From Planctomycetota bacterium (GTDB lineage: Bacteria > Planctomycetota > SZUA-567 > H5-PLA8): 64,000 nucleotides of DNA. Below the pieces are notes generated by a model. It ran no database searches and was not told the origin of the DNA. It worked only from the letters and a program-made list of their open reading frames with translations. A program made the position numbers and the translations under genes. The DNA is taken from positions 14,226-78,225 of the forward strand of contig JAHCJK010000003.1 of assembly GCA_026184295.1 (NCBI GenBank), given 5' to 3'. Shown here piece after piece: positions 38,421-46,715 of this stretch (its first letter is position 1; each line of letters starts with the position of its first letter).

Positions 38421-39218
38421 ATGCTCCTTCAAGAACGTCACCGCTGGCTGATCGAGACCGTGCGCAAGCAGGGTTCGCTCTCCGTTTCGGAAGCGGCCCG
38501 GGCGCTGAAAGTCACGCGCATGACGGTCTACCGCGACCTGAGCGACCTCGACGCGCAGGGCGCGCTGCGCAAGGTCTACGGCGGTGCCGTGGCGCTGCAC
38601 CGCCCGACCGACGGCAACGGTTTCTGGGCGCAGTCCTTCGAGGAACGCCGGCCGAAGGAGCCGGACCGCAAGACGGCGATCTCGCGGCATCTGGCGCGGC
38701 TGCTGGAAGGTTCGCACACGCTGGCGATGGACGCGAGTTCCACGGTCTTCGCGCTCGCGCACGAACTCCCCGGATTCAACGACTCGCGCAGCCTTTTCGT
38801 GGTCACCGGCGGCGTGCCGCTCTTTCACGAACTGATGAACCGCGGCGGGCGCGTGCGCATCGCGCTGCACGGCGGCGAACCTCATCCGCGCACGGGCTCG
38901 CTGGTCGGCCCGCTGGCGCTGGCGTCTTTAAAGGTGATGCGCTTCGACTGGGCGGTCGTCTCGGCCGTGGGCATGATGGAAGACGAAGGCGTCGTGTACG
39001 ACTCCACGCCCGAGGAAGCCGAGATCAAGCGGGCCTACATGGCGCAGGCGCGCCGCAAGGTTCTCGCCATCGACACCACCAAGCTCAACCGGTCCGCGCC
39101 GTACCGGCTCGCGGATCTTTCCGAATTCGATGCATGGGTGAACGAAGAGGGAATCCACTGGACCAGCCGGAAAGCCACGCGCGCGCGCAGCGCCCGCGGC
39201 GCCGCCCGGACGGCCTAA
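38421..39218 (+). CDS. DeoR-family transcriptional regulator (rhamnose operon regulator-like)
   Basis: An N-terminal HTH (LSVSEAARALKVTRMTVYRDL) is followed by a DeoR-C sugar-phosphate-binding domain. It is the first gene of the rhaI/rhaD operon. Confidence 0.9.
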   Translation: MLLQERHRWLIETVRKQGSLSVSEAARALKVTRMTVYRDLSDLDAQGALRKVYGGAVALHRPTDGNGFWAQSFEERRPKEPDRKTAISRHLARLLEGSHTLAMDASSTVFALAHELPGFNDSRSLFVVTGGVPLFHELMNRGGRVRIALHGGEPHPRTGSLVGPLALASLKVMRFDWAVVSAVGMMEDEGVVYDSTPEEAEIKRAYMAQARRKVLAIDTTKLNRSAPYRLADLSEFDAWVNEEGIHWTSRKATRARSARGAARTA

Positions 39219-39239
39219 CGCGACGAGGGGAGCGAGCAC

Positions 39240-40472
39240 ATGGATACGTGGCGAGAAGAATGGAAGCTGCTTGAACGCAAACTGCAGAACCGCGGGCTCG
39301 ACGTGGGCGCGATCCGCAAGCGCATCGCGGGGTTCCGCTGCGAGACGCCGTCGTGGGGCTACGGCCCGAGCGGGACGCGCTTCGGCGTCTTCCCGCAGTC
39401 CGGCGAGGCCCGCACGATCTGGGAAAAGCTCGAGGACGCCGCCGAGTGCCACCGCCTGACCAAGATCTGCCCGACGGTCGCCGTGCACATCCCGTGGGAC
39501 AAGGCGAGCGACTGGGGCAAGGTGCAGGCCTTCGCCGAGGAACGCGGCGTGAAGATCGGCGCCGTGAACCCGAACGTCTTCCAGGACCATGAATACAAGT
39601 ACGGTTCCTTCGGCCACTGCGACCCGAACGTGCGGGCCAAGGCGCGCGCGCACATGCAGGAATGCTGCGAGATTATGAAGGTGACCGGCAGCGACCTTCT
39701 TTCGCTCTGGTTCGCCGACGGCACCGATTACCCGGGCCAGGCCGACTTCCGGCAGCGCAAGCACTGGTTCGAAGAGGAACTGAAGGCCACCTACGCGATG
39801 CTGCCCAAGAACGGGCGCATGCTCGTCGAATACAAGTTCTTCGAGCCCGCCTTCTACCACACCGACATCGCCGACTGGGGCATGGCGCTCAGCTTCGCGC
39901 AGAAGTGCGGCGAGCGCGCGCAGGTGCTGGTGGACCTGGGCCACCACGCGCACGGCGTGAACATCGAACACATCGTTTCCTTCCTGATCGACGAAGGGCG
40001 CCTGGGCGGCTTCCACTTCAACAACCGCAAGTACGCCGACGACGACTTGACCTGCGGCTCGACGAACCCGCTGGAACTCTTCCTCATCTTCACCGAACTC
40101 GTCGCGGCCGAGGGCGAAGCGGCGACGCTGAAGCACCCGATCGCGTACATGATCGACCAGAGCCACAACACCAAGCCGAAGCTCGAAGCGATGATCCAGA
40201 CGGTCGAGTTCATCCAGACGGCGCAGGCCAAGGCGCTGCTGGTCAACCGCAAGAAGCTGAAGGAATGCCAGGCCAACAACGACGTGGTCGGCGCCGAACG
40301 CTGCCTGACCGAAGCGTACAACACCGATGTCGAGCCGCTGCTGATGAGCGTGCGCGAGGAACTGGGCGCGGCGCTGCAGCCGCTCGAGATTTACCGCCTG
40401 AGCGGCTACGCGAAGAAGACCGCCGAACAGCGCAAAGGCAAAGTCGCCGGCGCGGGCCTGGGCGTGAACTGA
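39240..40472 (+). CDS. rhaI: L-rhamnose isomerase (Pseudomonas stutzeri / Rhizobium type, xylose-isomerase-like TIM barrel)
   Basis: The 410-aa product carries the motifs WGYGPSGTRF, HIPWDKA, LVDLGHHA, GGFHFNNRKYADDDL and MIDQSHN, which are characteristic of this L-RhI family. Confidence 0.88.
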   Translation: MDTWREEWKLLERKLQNRGLDVGAIRKRIAGFRCETPSWGYGPSGTRFGVFPQSGEARTIWEKLEDAAECHRLTKICPTVAVHIPWDKASDWGKVQAFAEERGVKIGAVNPNVFQDHEYKYGSFGHCDPNVRAKARAHMQECCEIMKVTGSDLLSLWFADGTDYPGQADFRQRKHWFEEELKATYAMLPKNGRMLVEYKFFEPAFYHTDIADWGMALSFAQKCGERAQVLVDLGHHAHGVNIEHIVSFLIDEGRLGGFHFNNRKYADDDLTCGSTNPLELFLIFTELVAAEGEAATLKHPIAYMIDQSHNTKPKLEAMIQTVEFIQTAQAKALLVNRKKLKECQANNDVVGAERCLTEAYNTDVEPLLMSVREELGAALQPLEIYRLSGYAKKTAEQRKGKVAGAGLGVN

Positions 40473-40499
40473 GTCATCGGTCAGTGGAGGTCTGCCTAA

Positions 40500-40937
40500 A
40501 TGGGCGTGCTAACCGACCTCATCGTCGCAGATCCAGCCCAAGCGAAGGAGATTTGCCAGACGCATGGCAAGAAACCCTTTCCTTCGGTGGACATTAAGGG
40601 GTTCGACCAGATCAAAGGCGCGACTCTCTGGAGCATCCTGGAAGGCTCTGACGTTTCGGATGTCGATTACGTGGTCGGGCTATCCGAGAAGTTCACGTTG
40701 TTGTGCGAGGAAAGCGATGACGGGCCTTGGGTGTACCAGGTGCCGGACGAGTTCCTGAAACTGATTGCATCCACCGAAGATGAGGCTGTTGGAGAAATGG
40801 TAGAGGCGTGGTCGCAAACCGAGGAGTTCGACGGCTACAGCCTGGAGGATGTGCAGTTCTACTTCGACACATTGTTCGAAGCTGCTACACGCTCGGACCT
40901 GGGGAGCAAGAAGCTCCTGATGTGGATTTGTCTGTAA
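40500..40937 (+). CDS. acidic hypothetical protein (145 aa), compositionally atypical gene inside the rha operon
   Basis: An ATG-initiated clean ORF. Its GC and codon usage (cta, att, aca, ttg) are visibly lower and different from the flanking rhaI and rhaD. No similarity to rhamnose mutarotase. Confidence 0.5.
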   Translation: MGVLTDLIVADPAQAKEICQTHGKKPFPSVDIKGFDQIKGATLWSILEGSDVSDVDYVVGLSEKFTLLCEESDDGPWVYQVPDEFLKLIASTEDEAVGEMVEAWSQTEEFDGYSLEDVQFYFDTLFEAATRSDLGSKKLLMWICL

Positions 40938-40959
40938 CCCTACAACGAGGAACGCAACG

Positions 40960-43083
40960 ATGAGCACAGCAGAAAAGACCTTCAAGCACGTGAGCTACCT
41001 GTGGGAGGACGCCAAGGTTCCCGCCGATCCGGTCGGCCAGCTGCTGATCCGGTCGAACTGGCTGGGCGCGGACCTGCGCATCACCAACTTCGCGGGCGGC
41101 AACACGAGCGTGAAGTGCATGGAAAAGGACCCGCTGACCGGCGAACAGACCGAGGTCATGTGGATCAAAGGCTCCGGCGGCGACCTGGGCACGATGAAGA
41201 AGTCGGGCCTAGCCTGCATCGAGATGAAGAAGTTCTTCGCGCTAAAGAAGATTTACCGCGGGCTGAAGCACGAAGACGAGATGGTCGGCTACCTGCCGCA
41301 CTGCACGTTCAACCTGGTGAGCACCGCGGCCTCGATCGACACGCCACTGCACGCCTTCATCCCGCGCCCGCACGTCGACCACCTGCACCCCGACAGCATC
41401 ATCGCCATCGCGGCCAGCAAGGACGGCGAGAAGCTGACCAAGGAAATCTTCGGCGGCAGCGTCGCCTGGATTCCGTGGCAGCGCCCCGGCTTCGACCTGG
41501 GCCTTAAGATTGGCGAATGCTACGCCAAGCACCCCGGCATCAAGGGCATCATCCTCGGCGGGCACGGGCTCTTTTCGTGGGGCGACACCGCGCGCGCCTG
41601 CTACGAGAGCACGCTGGAACTGATCGAAGCGGCCGCGGAATTCCTCGCCGCGAAGGAGAAGGCCAAGCCGGCCTTCGGCGGCAAGGTGCGCGAATCGCTG
41701 AGCCCCGAAGAACGCCGCGCGCAGGCCGCCAAGGCCATGCCGGTGCTGCGCGGGCTGACGTCCTCGGTCAAGCGGACCATCGGGCACTTCCGCGACGACG
41801 CGGCGGTCCTGCAGTTCCTCGAATCGAAGGATCTGCAACGCCTGGCGGCGACGGGCACGAGCTGCCCCGACCACTTCCTGCGGACCAAGCGCACGCCGCT
41901 GGTGATGGACCTGGACCCCAAGGCCGACCCGCTGGCCGAACGCGCCCGGCTGGCCGCGCAGTTCGACCAGTACCGCGCCGACTACGCCGGCTACTACGAA
42001 CGCTGCAAGCACCCCGACTCCCCCGCCCTGCGCCCGCCCGATCCCGCGATCGTGCTCTGGCCGGGCGTCGGGATGTTCTCGTTCGCGAAGGACAAGCCCA
42101 CCGCGCGCGTGGCGGCGGAATTCTACGTCAACGCGATCAACGTGATGCGCGGGGCCGAGACGGTCTCGTCGTACGTCGCGATCAGTGAGCAGGAAGCCTT
42201 CGACATCGAATACTGGGCGCTCGAGGAAGCCAAGCTCAAGCGCATGCCGCCCGAAGCGCCGCTCTCGCGGCGCGTCGCGCTGGTCACCGGCGCGGGCAGC
42301 GGCATCGGCAAGGCCATCGCCGAACGGCTGGCGAAGGAAGGCGCGTGCGTCGTCGTCGCGGACATGAACGAGGAAGCCGCGAAGTCTTCGGCGCAGAGCA
42401 TCATGCAAACCTGCCCCGAACGCGCCGCGGCGGTGCGTTCGAACGTCACCGACCCGAAGGACGTGGCCGCGGCCTTCGATGCGGCTTGCCTGGCCTTCGG
42501 CGGCGTGGACCTGCTCGTCAACAACGCAGGCCTTTCGATCTCGAAGTCGCTCGTCGAGACCACCGAGAAGGACTGGGACCTGCAGTTCGACGTGATGCCG
42601 AAGGGCAGCTTCCTGCTCAGCCAGGCCGCGGCGCGCTGCTTCGATGCCCAGGGCATCTCGCAGGAAGGCAGCCTGAAGAACCTCGGCGGCGACGTGGTGT
42701 ACATCGTGAGCAAGAACGCGCTGGTCGCGCAGCCGAACAACATCGCGTACGGTTCGGCCAAGGCGGCGCAGTTGCACCAGATGCGGCTGCTCGCGGCGGA
42801 ACTGGGCCCCAAGGGCGTGCGCGTCAACGCCGTGAACCCCGACGCGGTCGTGCGCGGCTCGGGCATCTTCGCCAGCGGCTGGGGCGCCGACCGGGCCAAG
42901 ACCTACGGGATCAGCGAGGACAAGCTGCCGGCCTTCTACGCCAGCCGCACGCTGCTGAACCAGGAGATCCTGCCCGACGACATCGCGCTGGCCGTCTTCG
43001 CGCTCGTCGGCGGGCAGCTTTCCAAGAGCACCGGCATGACGATTCCGGTGGACGGGGGCCTGGCGCCCGCGTTCCAGCGTTAA
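40960..43083 (+). CDS. rhaD: bifunctional rhamnulose-1-phosphate aldolase / short-chain dehydrogenase
   Basis: A class-II aldolase/adducin N-terminal domain is fused to a C-terminal SDR (TGAGSGIGKA Rossmann motif, YGSAK catalytic motif). The ~707-aa architecture matches Rhizobium-type RhaD. Confidence 0.9.
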   Translation: MSTAEKTFKHVSYLWEDAKVPADPVGQLLIRSNWLGADLRITNFAGGNTSVKCMEKDPLTGEQTEVMWIKGSGGDLGTMKKSGLACIEMKKFFALKKIYRGLKHEDEMVGYLPHCTFNLVSTAASIDTPLHAFIPRPHVDHLHPDSIIAIAASKDGEKLTKEIFGGSVAWIPWQRPGFDLGLKIGECYAKHPGIKGIILGGHGLFSWGDTARACYESTLELIEAAAEFLAAKEKAKPAFGGKVRESLSPEERRAQAAKAMPVLRGLTSSVKRTIGHFRDDAAVLQFLESKDLQRLAATGTSCPDHFLRTKRTPLVMDLDPKADPLAERARLAAQFDQYRADYAGYYERCKHPDSPALRPPDPAIVLWPGVGMFSFAKDKPTARVAAEFYVNAINVMRGAETVSSYVAISEQEAFDIEYWALEEAKLKRMPPEAPLSRRVALVTGAGSGIGKAIAERLAKEGACVVVADMNEEAAKSSAQSIMQTCPERAAAVRSNVTDPKDVAAAFDAACLAFGGVDLLVNNAGLSISKSLVETTEKDWDLQFDVMPKGSFLLSQAAARCFDAQGISQEGSLKNLGGDVVYIVSKNALVAQPNNIAYGSAKAAQLHQMRLLAAELGPKGVRVNAVNPDAVVRGSGIFASGWGADRAKTYGISEDKLPAFYASRTLLNQEILPDDIALAVFALVGGQLSKSTGMTIPVDGGLAPAFQR

Positions 43084-43209
43084 TCCTGAAAAGCGCTGGG
43101 TAACGCCCCGCGCCGGGCTATCATAGGTTCGATTCCACATCGGATGCGCGCGCCCGCGCCGGTTCCGTCCGCAACCGGCCGGGGCGCATCCCGGAATTGA
43201 GAACCGCTC

Positions 43210-45330
43210 ATGTCCGAACCGGCGCCTCCGCACGCGCAATCTCCCGAACTTCACGGCCACCGCCGCATGCTCTCGGACCTCCCGGTGCAGACCATCGGGA
43301 TGACGACGCTGCCGTCGGAAAACCCGACCTGGCGCGGCTGGGTCCTGGGATTCTTCTGCGTCGCGGCCATCTGCCTGGTGATCCCGTATTTCGATTTCGT
43401 CCTGCGCGGCACGATGTTCTCGAACAGCATGTTTCCCGCCAGTTCGGTCTTCATCCTCTTCGCGCTTTGCGTGGGCGTGACGGCGCTCCTTTCGGCCTAC
43501 CGGACCGCCCTGGGGCTGACCAGCCAGGACCTGGTGCTGGTCTTCGGCATGACGATGGTGGTGAACGCGATTCCAGGCTGCGGCTTCTGGGTCTTCTGGG
43601 TCACGCAGACGACGGGCGGGTACTTTTTCAAGTCGCCTGAAAACAACTACGACAAGCTGGTGCTCCCGCACATCCCCGAATCCTGGGCCCCGCACGACAA
43701 CGAGACCATCCGGCCCATCGAATGGTTCTACACCGGGCTGCCGCCGGGCAAGGAGATTCCCTGGGGCGCGTGGGTCGGCCCGTACATCATCTGGTGCCTG
43801 GCCCTGCTGATGATTTTCGGAATGATCTTCGCGCTCTGCGGCCTGTTGCGCCGGCAATGGTCCGATCACGAGCAGCTCACCTTTCCGCTCGCGCAGCTTC
43901 CCCAGGATATGGTCTCCGGCCTGTACGGCGGGCCCACGGCGCCGTTTCTCAAGGACCGCCTGGCCCTGTGGGGCATCGGGCTCACCTTTCTCTTCCATTC
44001 GTGGAACAACTTCGGCGACTACTTTTCGCAGGTGCCGCGGATTCCGCAGGGCGCGGACCTGCATCAGTACCTGCTGGAACCGCCCTTAAACGCGCTGCTG
44101 CCGGTCTGGGCGAAGATTTATCCGTCGGTCATCGGCCTGACCTACCTGCTCTCGCTCGAGATCTCCTTCAGCCTCTGGTTCTATTTTCTGGCGCTGAAGG
44201 CGATCGCGTTCAGTTCGACGCAATCCGGCCTGCTGCCGATGGGCAAGTACTGGAGCGGCCCGTTCGTCGATCAGGGCACGGGCGCGCTGATCGGCATGGC
44301 GGTCGGCGCGCTGTACATGGCGCGCTACGAACTCGGGGGCTCCTTTCTGGAAGCGATCGGCAAGCGCGCGCAGCGTCAGGAAACCTCGGACCCGAGCCCG
44401 CGCCTGCTCTGGACGATGCTGGTGGCCTGCTTCGCCGGCTCGGTCGCCTGGATGATGTGGATGGGCGTCGAACCGGTGTACGCGCTGAGCATGCTTCTGT
44501 TCCTGCTGCTGGTGATGGTGGGGATGACGCGACTTTCGTGCGAAGGCGGGCTCTTTTTCATGCAGATGACGGTCTTCCCGCTGAACTTCGTCAACCTGTT
44601 CGGCACGCCGGTTAACATGGGCGCGACGCAGTACGTGCGCCTGGCCATCTGGGACCGCGTGATGGTCGCGGACTGGTACCGCGTGCTCTTCATGCCCAAC
44701 GTCATGAACGGCCTGCACCTGGCCAGCCGCACCAGCCTGCGCCGCCGGCCGCTCATGGCCGCGATGGCCTGTGCGGTGGTCGTGGCGCTCGTGGTCAGCT
44801 TCTTTTCCATGCTCACCACCGCGTACAAGGCCCCGGGCGGCGCGACGCAGATGGCCTGGTATTTCAAGGATCATCCGATCAGCGAATACAAGAGCATGGC
44901 CGCGACGACCTCGCAGATCGCCAGCTACGAAACGAAGCTCGCGAAGGCCGAAGCCGAGCAGCGCGAGGTGCCCTATTCCGACCTGCCCGATGCCGCCCGG
45001 CGCGACTGGTGGCGCGTCTTCTGGATCGGCCTGGGCATGGGGTTCATGTTCCTGAGCCTGATGCTGCGCCGGTTTTTCTTCTGGTTCCCGCATCCGATCG
45101 GCTACGTGATGTGGATGGGTCCCTACCCCGACCTGTGCCTGTGGTTCTCGTTCTTCATCGGCTGGGCGATCAAGCTTACGCTGCTGAAATTCGGCGGGAG
45201 CCGCATGTACATGCGGACGAAACGCTTCTTCATCGGAATCGTGATCGGGGAGGCCTGCGCGATCGTGGTCTGGAAGCTGGTGGCGCTCTTCGCCAACAAC
45301 ATCAACGGCATCAACATCCTGCCGGGCTGA
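43210..45330 (+). CDS. large polytopic membrane protein of uncharacterised family, paralog B (706 aa); candidate rhamnose transporter
   Basis: It is the last gene of the rha operon and has about 14 or more TM helices. It shares the motifs PFPLAQ, IYPSVIG, LSLEISFSLWF, WFPHPIGYVMWMG and LKFGG with paralog A at 11054-13198. Confidence 0.8.
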   Translation: MSEPAPPHAQSPELHGHRRMLSDLPVQTIGMTTLPSENPTWRGWVLGFFCVAAICLVIPYFDFVLRGTMFSNSMFPASSVFILFALCVGVTALLSAYRTALGLTSQDLVLVFGMTMVVNAIPGCGFWVFWVTQTTGGYFFKSPENNYDKLVLPHIPESWAPHDNETIRPIEWFYTGLPPGKEIPWGAWVGPYIIWCLALLMIFGMIFALCGLLRRQWSDHEQLTFPLAQLPQDMVSGLYGGPTAPFLKDRLALWGIGLTFLFHSWNNFGDYFSQVPRIPQGADLHQYLLEPPLNALLPVWAKIYPSVIGLTYLLSLEISFSLWFYFLALKAIAFSSTQSGLLPMGKYWSGPFVDQGTGALIGMAVGALYMARYELGGSFLEAIGKRAQRQETSDPSPRLLWTMLVACFAGSVAWMMWMGVEPVYALSMLLFLLLVMVGMTRLSCEGGLFFMQMTVFPLNFVNLFGTPVNMGATQYVRLAIWDRVMVADWYRVLFMPNVMNGLHLASRTSLRRRPLMAAMACAVVVALVVSFFSMLTTAYKAPGGATQMAWYFKDHPISEYKSMAATTSQIASYETKLAKAEAEQREVPYSDLPDAARRDWWRVFWIGLGMGFMFLSLMLRRFFFWFPHPIGYVMWMGPYPDLCLWFSFFIGWAIKLTLLKFGGSRMYMRTKRFFIGIVIGEACAIVVWKLVALFANNINGINILPG

Positions 45331-45358
45331 CCGCCGGCGCTTCGGCGCTCCAACCGCG

Positions 45359-46696
45359 TTACTTGGATTCGAGCAGCAGCGGCGCGCCGGTGGCCTGGCG
45401 CTGGCGCTGCGATTCGGCCTGCGCGCGGTCCATCGCCACGGTGCCGACGGCGGAGAGTTCGCCCGCGCCGTACAGGAACTGAATCTCGACGCGGTTCAGG
45501 ACCGGGAAGAGATCGAAGACAGTGTACGGCAGGTCCTTCACGTCCTCGTTGATCTGGCGGTCCTTCGGTTCTTCCAGCAGGATCACGTTCAGCTTCACCG
45601 TGGCGCCCTGCACCTTCACCGCGTTGATGCGGCGCTGCGCGGCGCCGGGCTTGTCGGGGTAGAAGGTCATCAGGCGCGAGATCACGTCGCGCTCCTGCGG
45701 GCTCAGGTCGCCGTAGTTCGCCTTGAACCATTCGTCGATGAGCGCGCGGGCCTGGGTGACGGTCTGCTGCGCCTCGGGCGACTTGAACGCGCCGGAGCGT
45801 TCGCGCGCGCGGCTGTCGATGGCGGTCAGCCGGTTCTGCGCGTCGGCCAGGCGGTCCTTCTTGAGCAGTTCCTGGATCGCGGCGGCGTCCTCGCCCAGGC
45901 CGGCGTTCTCCTGCTTCGATTCCTGGTGGCTCTTCAGTTCGCGGATCGCGACCATGCTGCATACGGCCACGACGATGCCCGCGGCCGCCAGCACCAGGCG
46001 GTTGCGTCCCGAGAGCGTGAAACCCAGCGCGCCTACGAAGATCGCGGCCTGCGCGAAGAGAAAGAGAATGAAGAGGAACGAGGCGAGCGAGACGAGCGCG
46101 GCGATGCCCAGCACGGCCACGCTGCCGGCGAAGATCAGTTTCTTGTTGCGCCCGGCGGCCTTGTCCTGCTGTTCCCGCCGCAGGCAGTCGCCGCAGGTCA
46201 GGACGCTGTTGACGAGCGTCGCGGCGCCCTGCGCCACGCGGTCGGCACTGACCATCTTGCCGCAGCGGTGGCAGGTCCAGTGCTGCGAAGTGTGAAGGGA
46301 CGTCCGCTCCGGCATCACGTTCTTGCCGTCGGGCGTCAGCGCGGGCAGGCGGATGGACTTGGTGGTCTTGGCGCGGGCGCGCTGCGCGTGCGCGGCGGCC
46401 GATTCGGCCAGCACCGCGCCCGCGGCGGGCAGCGGGATGCGCCCGCTGATGGGGCGCTTGGGCGCGCCGGGCGCGGGCGCCTGCCCCGCCGGGTTCTGCA
46501 TCGGCAACCGGATGGAGGACGTGGTCTGCTTGCGGTGCGTGCCGGAACCTGTGGGCAGAATGCGTCCGCTGATCGGGCGCGGCGCGCCGGCGGGACGCGG
46601 ATCGCCCGGCTTCGAGACGCGGGGCGAGGACCCGGGTTCGGGACTCGAAGGCCCCGCGGGGGTATTCTGGGTGGGTTCCGTCATTGCTTTAAACAT
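45359..46696 (-). CDS. membrane-anchored hypothetical protein with N-terminal repeats and a zinc-ribbon-like motif
   Basis: It has RPISGRI / T(S/K)SIRLP repeats, CHRCGK…CGDC, one TM helix and a C-terminal coiled-coil-like domain. It lies immediately downstream of the pseudopilin genes on the same strand. Confidence 0.55.
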   Translation of the reverse strand: MFKAMTEPTQNTPAGPSSPEPGSSPRVSKPGDPRPAGAPRPISGRILPTGSGTHRKQTTSSIRLPMQNPAGQAPAPGAPKRPISGRIPLPAAGAVLAESAAAHAQRARAKTTKSIRLPALTPDGKNVMPERTSLHTSQHWTCHRCGKMVSADRVAQGAATLVNSVLTCGDCLRREQQDKAAGRNKKLIFAGSVAVLGIAALVSLASFLFILFLFAQAAIFVGALGFTLSGRNRLVLAAAGIVVAVCSMVAIRELKSHQESKQENAGLGEDAAAIQELLKKDRLADAQNRLTAIDSRARERSGAFKSPEAQQTVTQARALIDEWFKANYGDLSPQERDVISRLMTFYPDKPGAAQRRINAVKVQGATVKLNVILLEEPKDRQINEDVKDLPYTVFDLFPVLNRVEIQFLYGAGELSAVGTVAMDRAQAESQRQRQATGAPLLLESK

Positions 46697-46715
46697 ACTA
46701 CCCTTTCAGCGTGCG

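Noticed and set aside
38928-44064. ORFs 38928..40166 (-) and 41242..44064 (-, 940 aa) antisense to rhaI, rhaD and membrane-protein paralog B
   Set aside because: Antisense to genes with near-certain identification; RG-rich.
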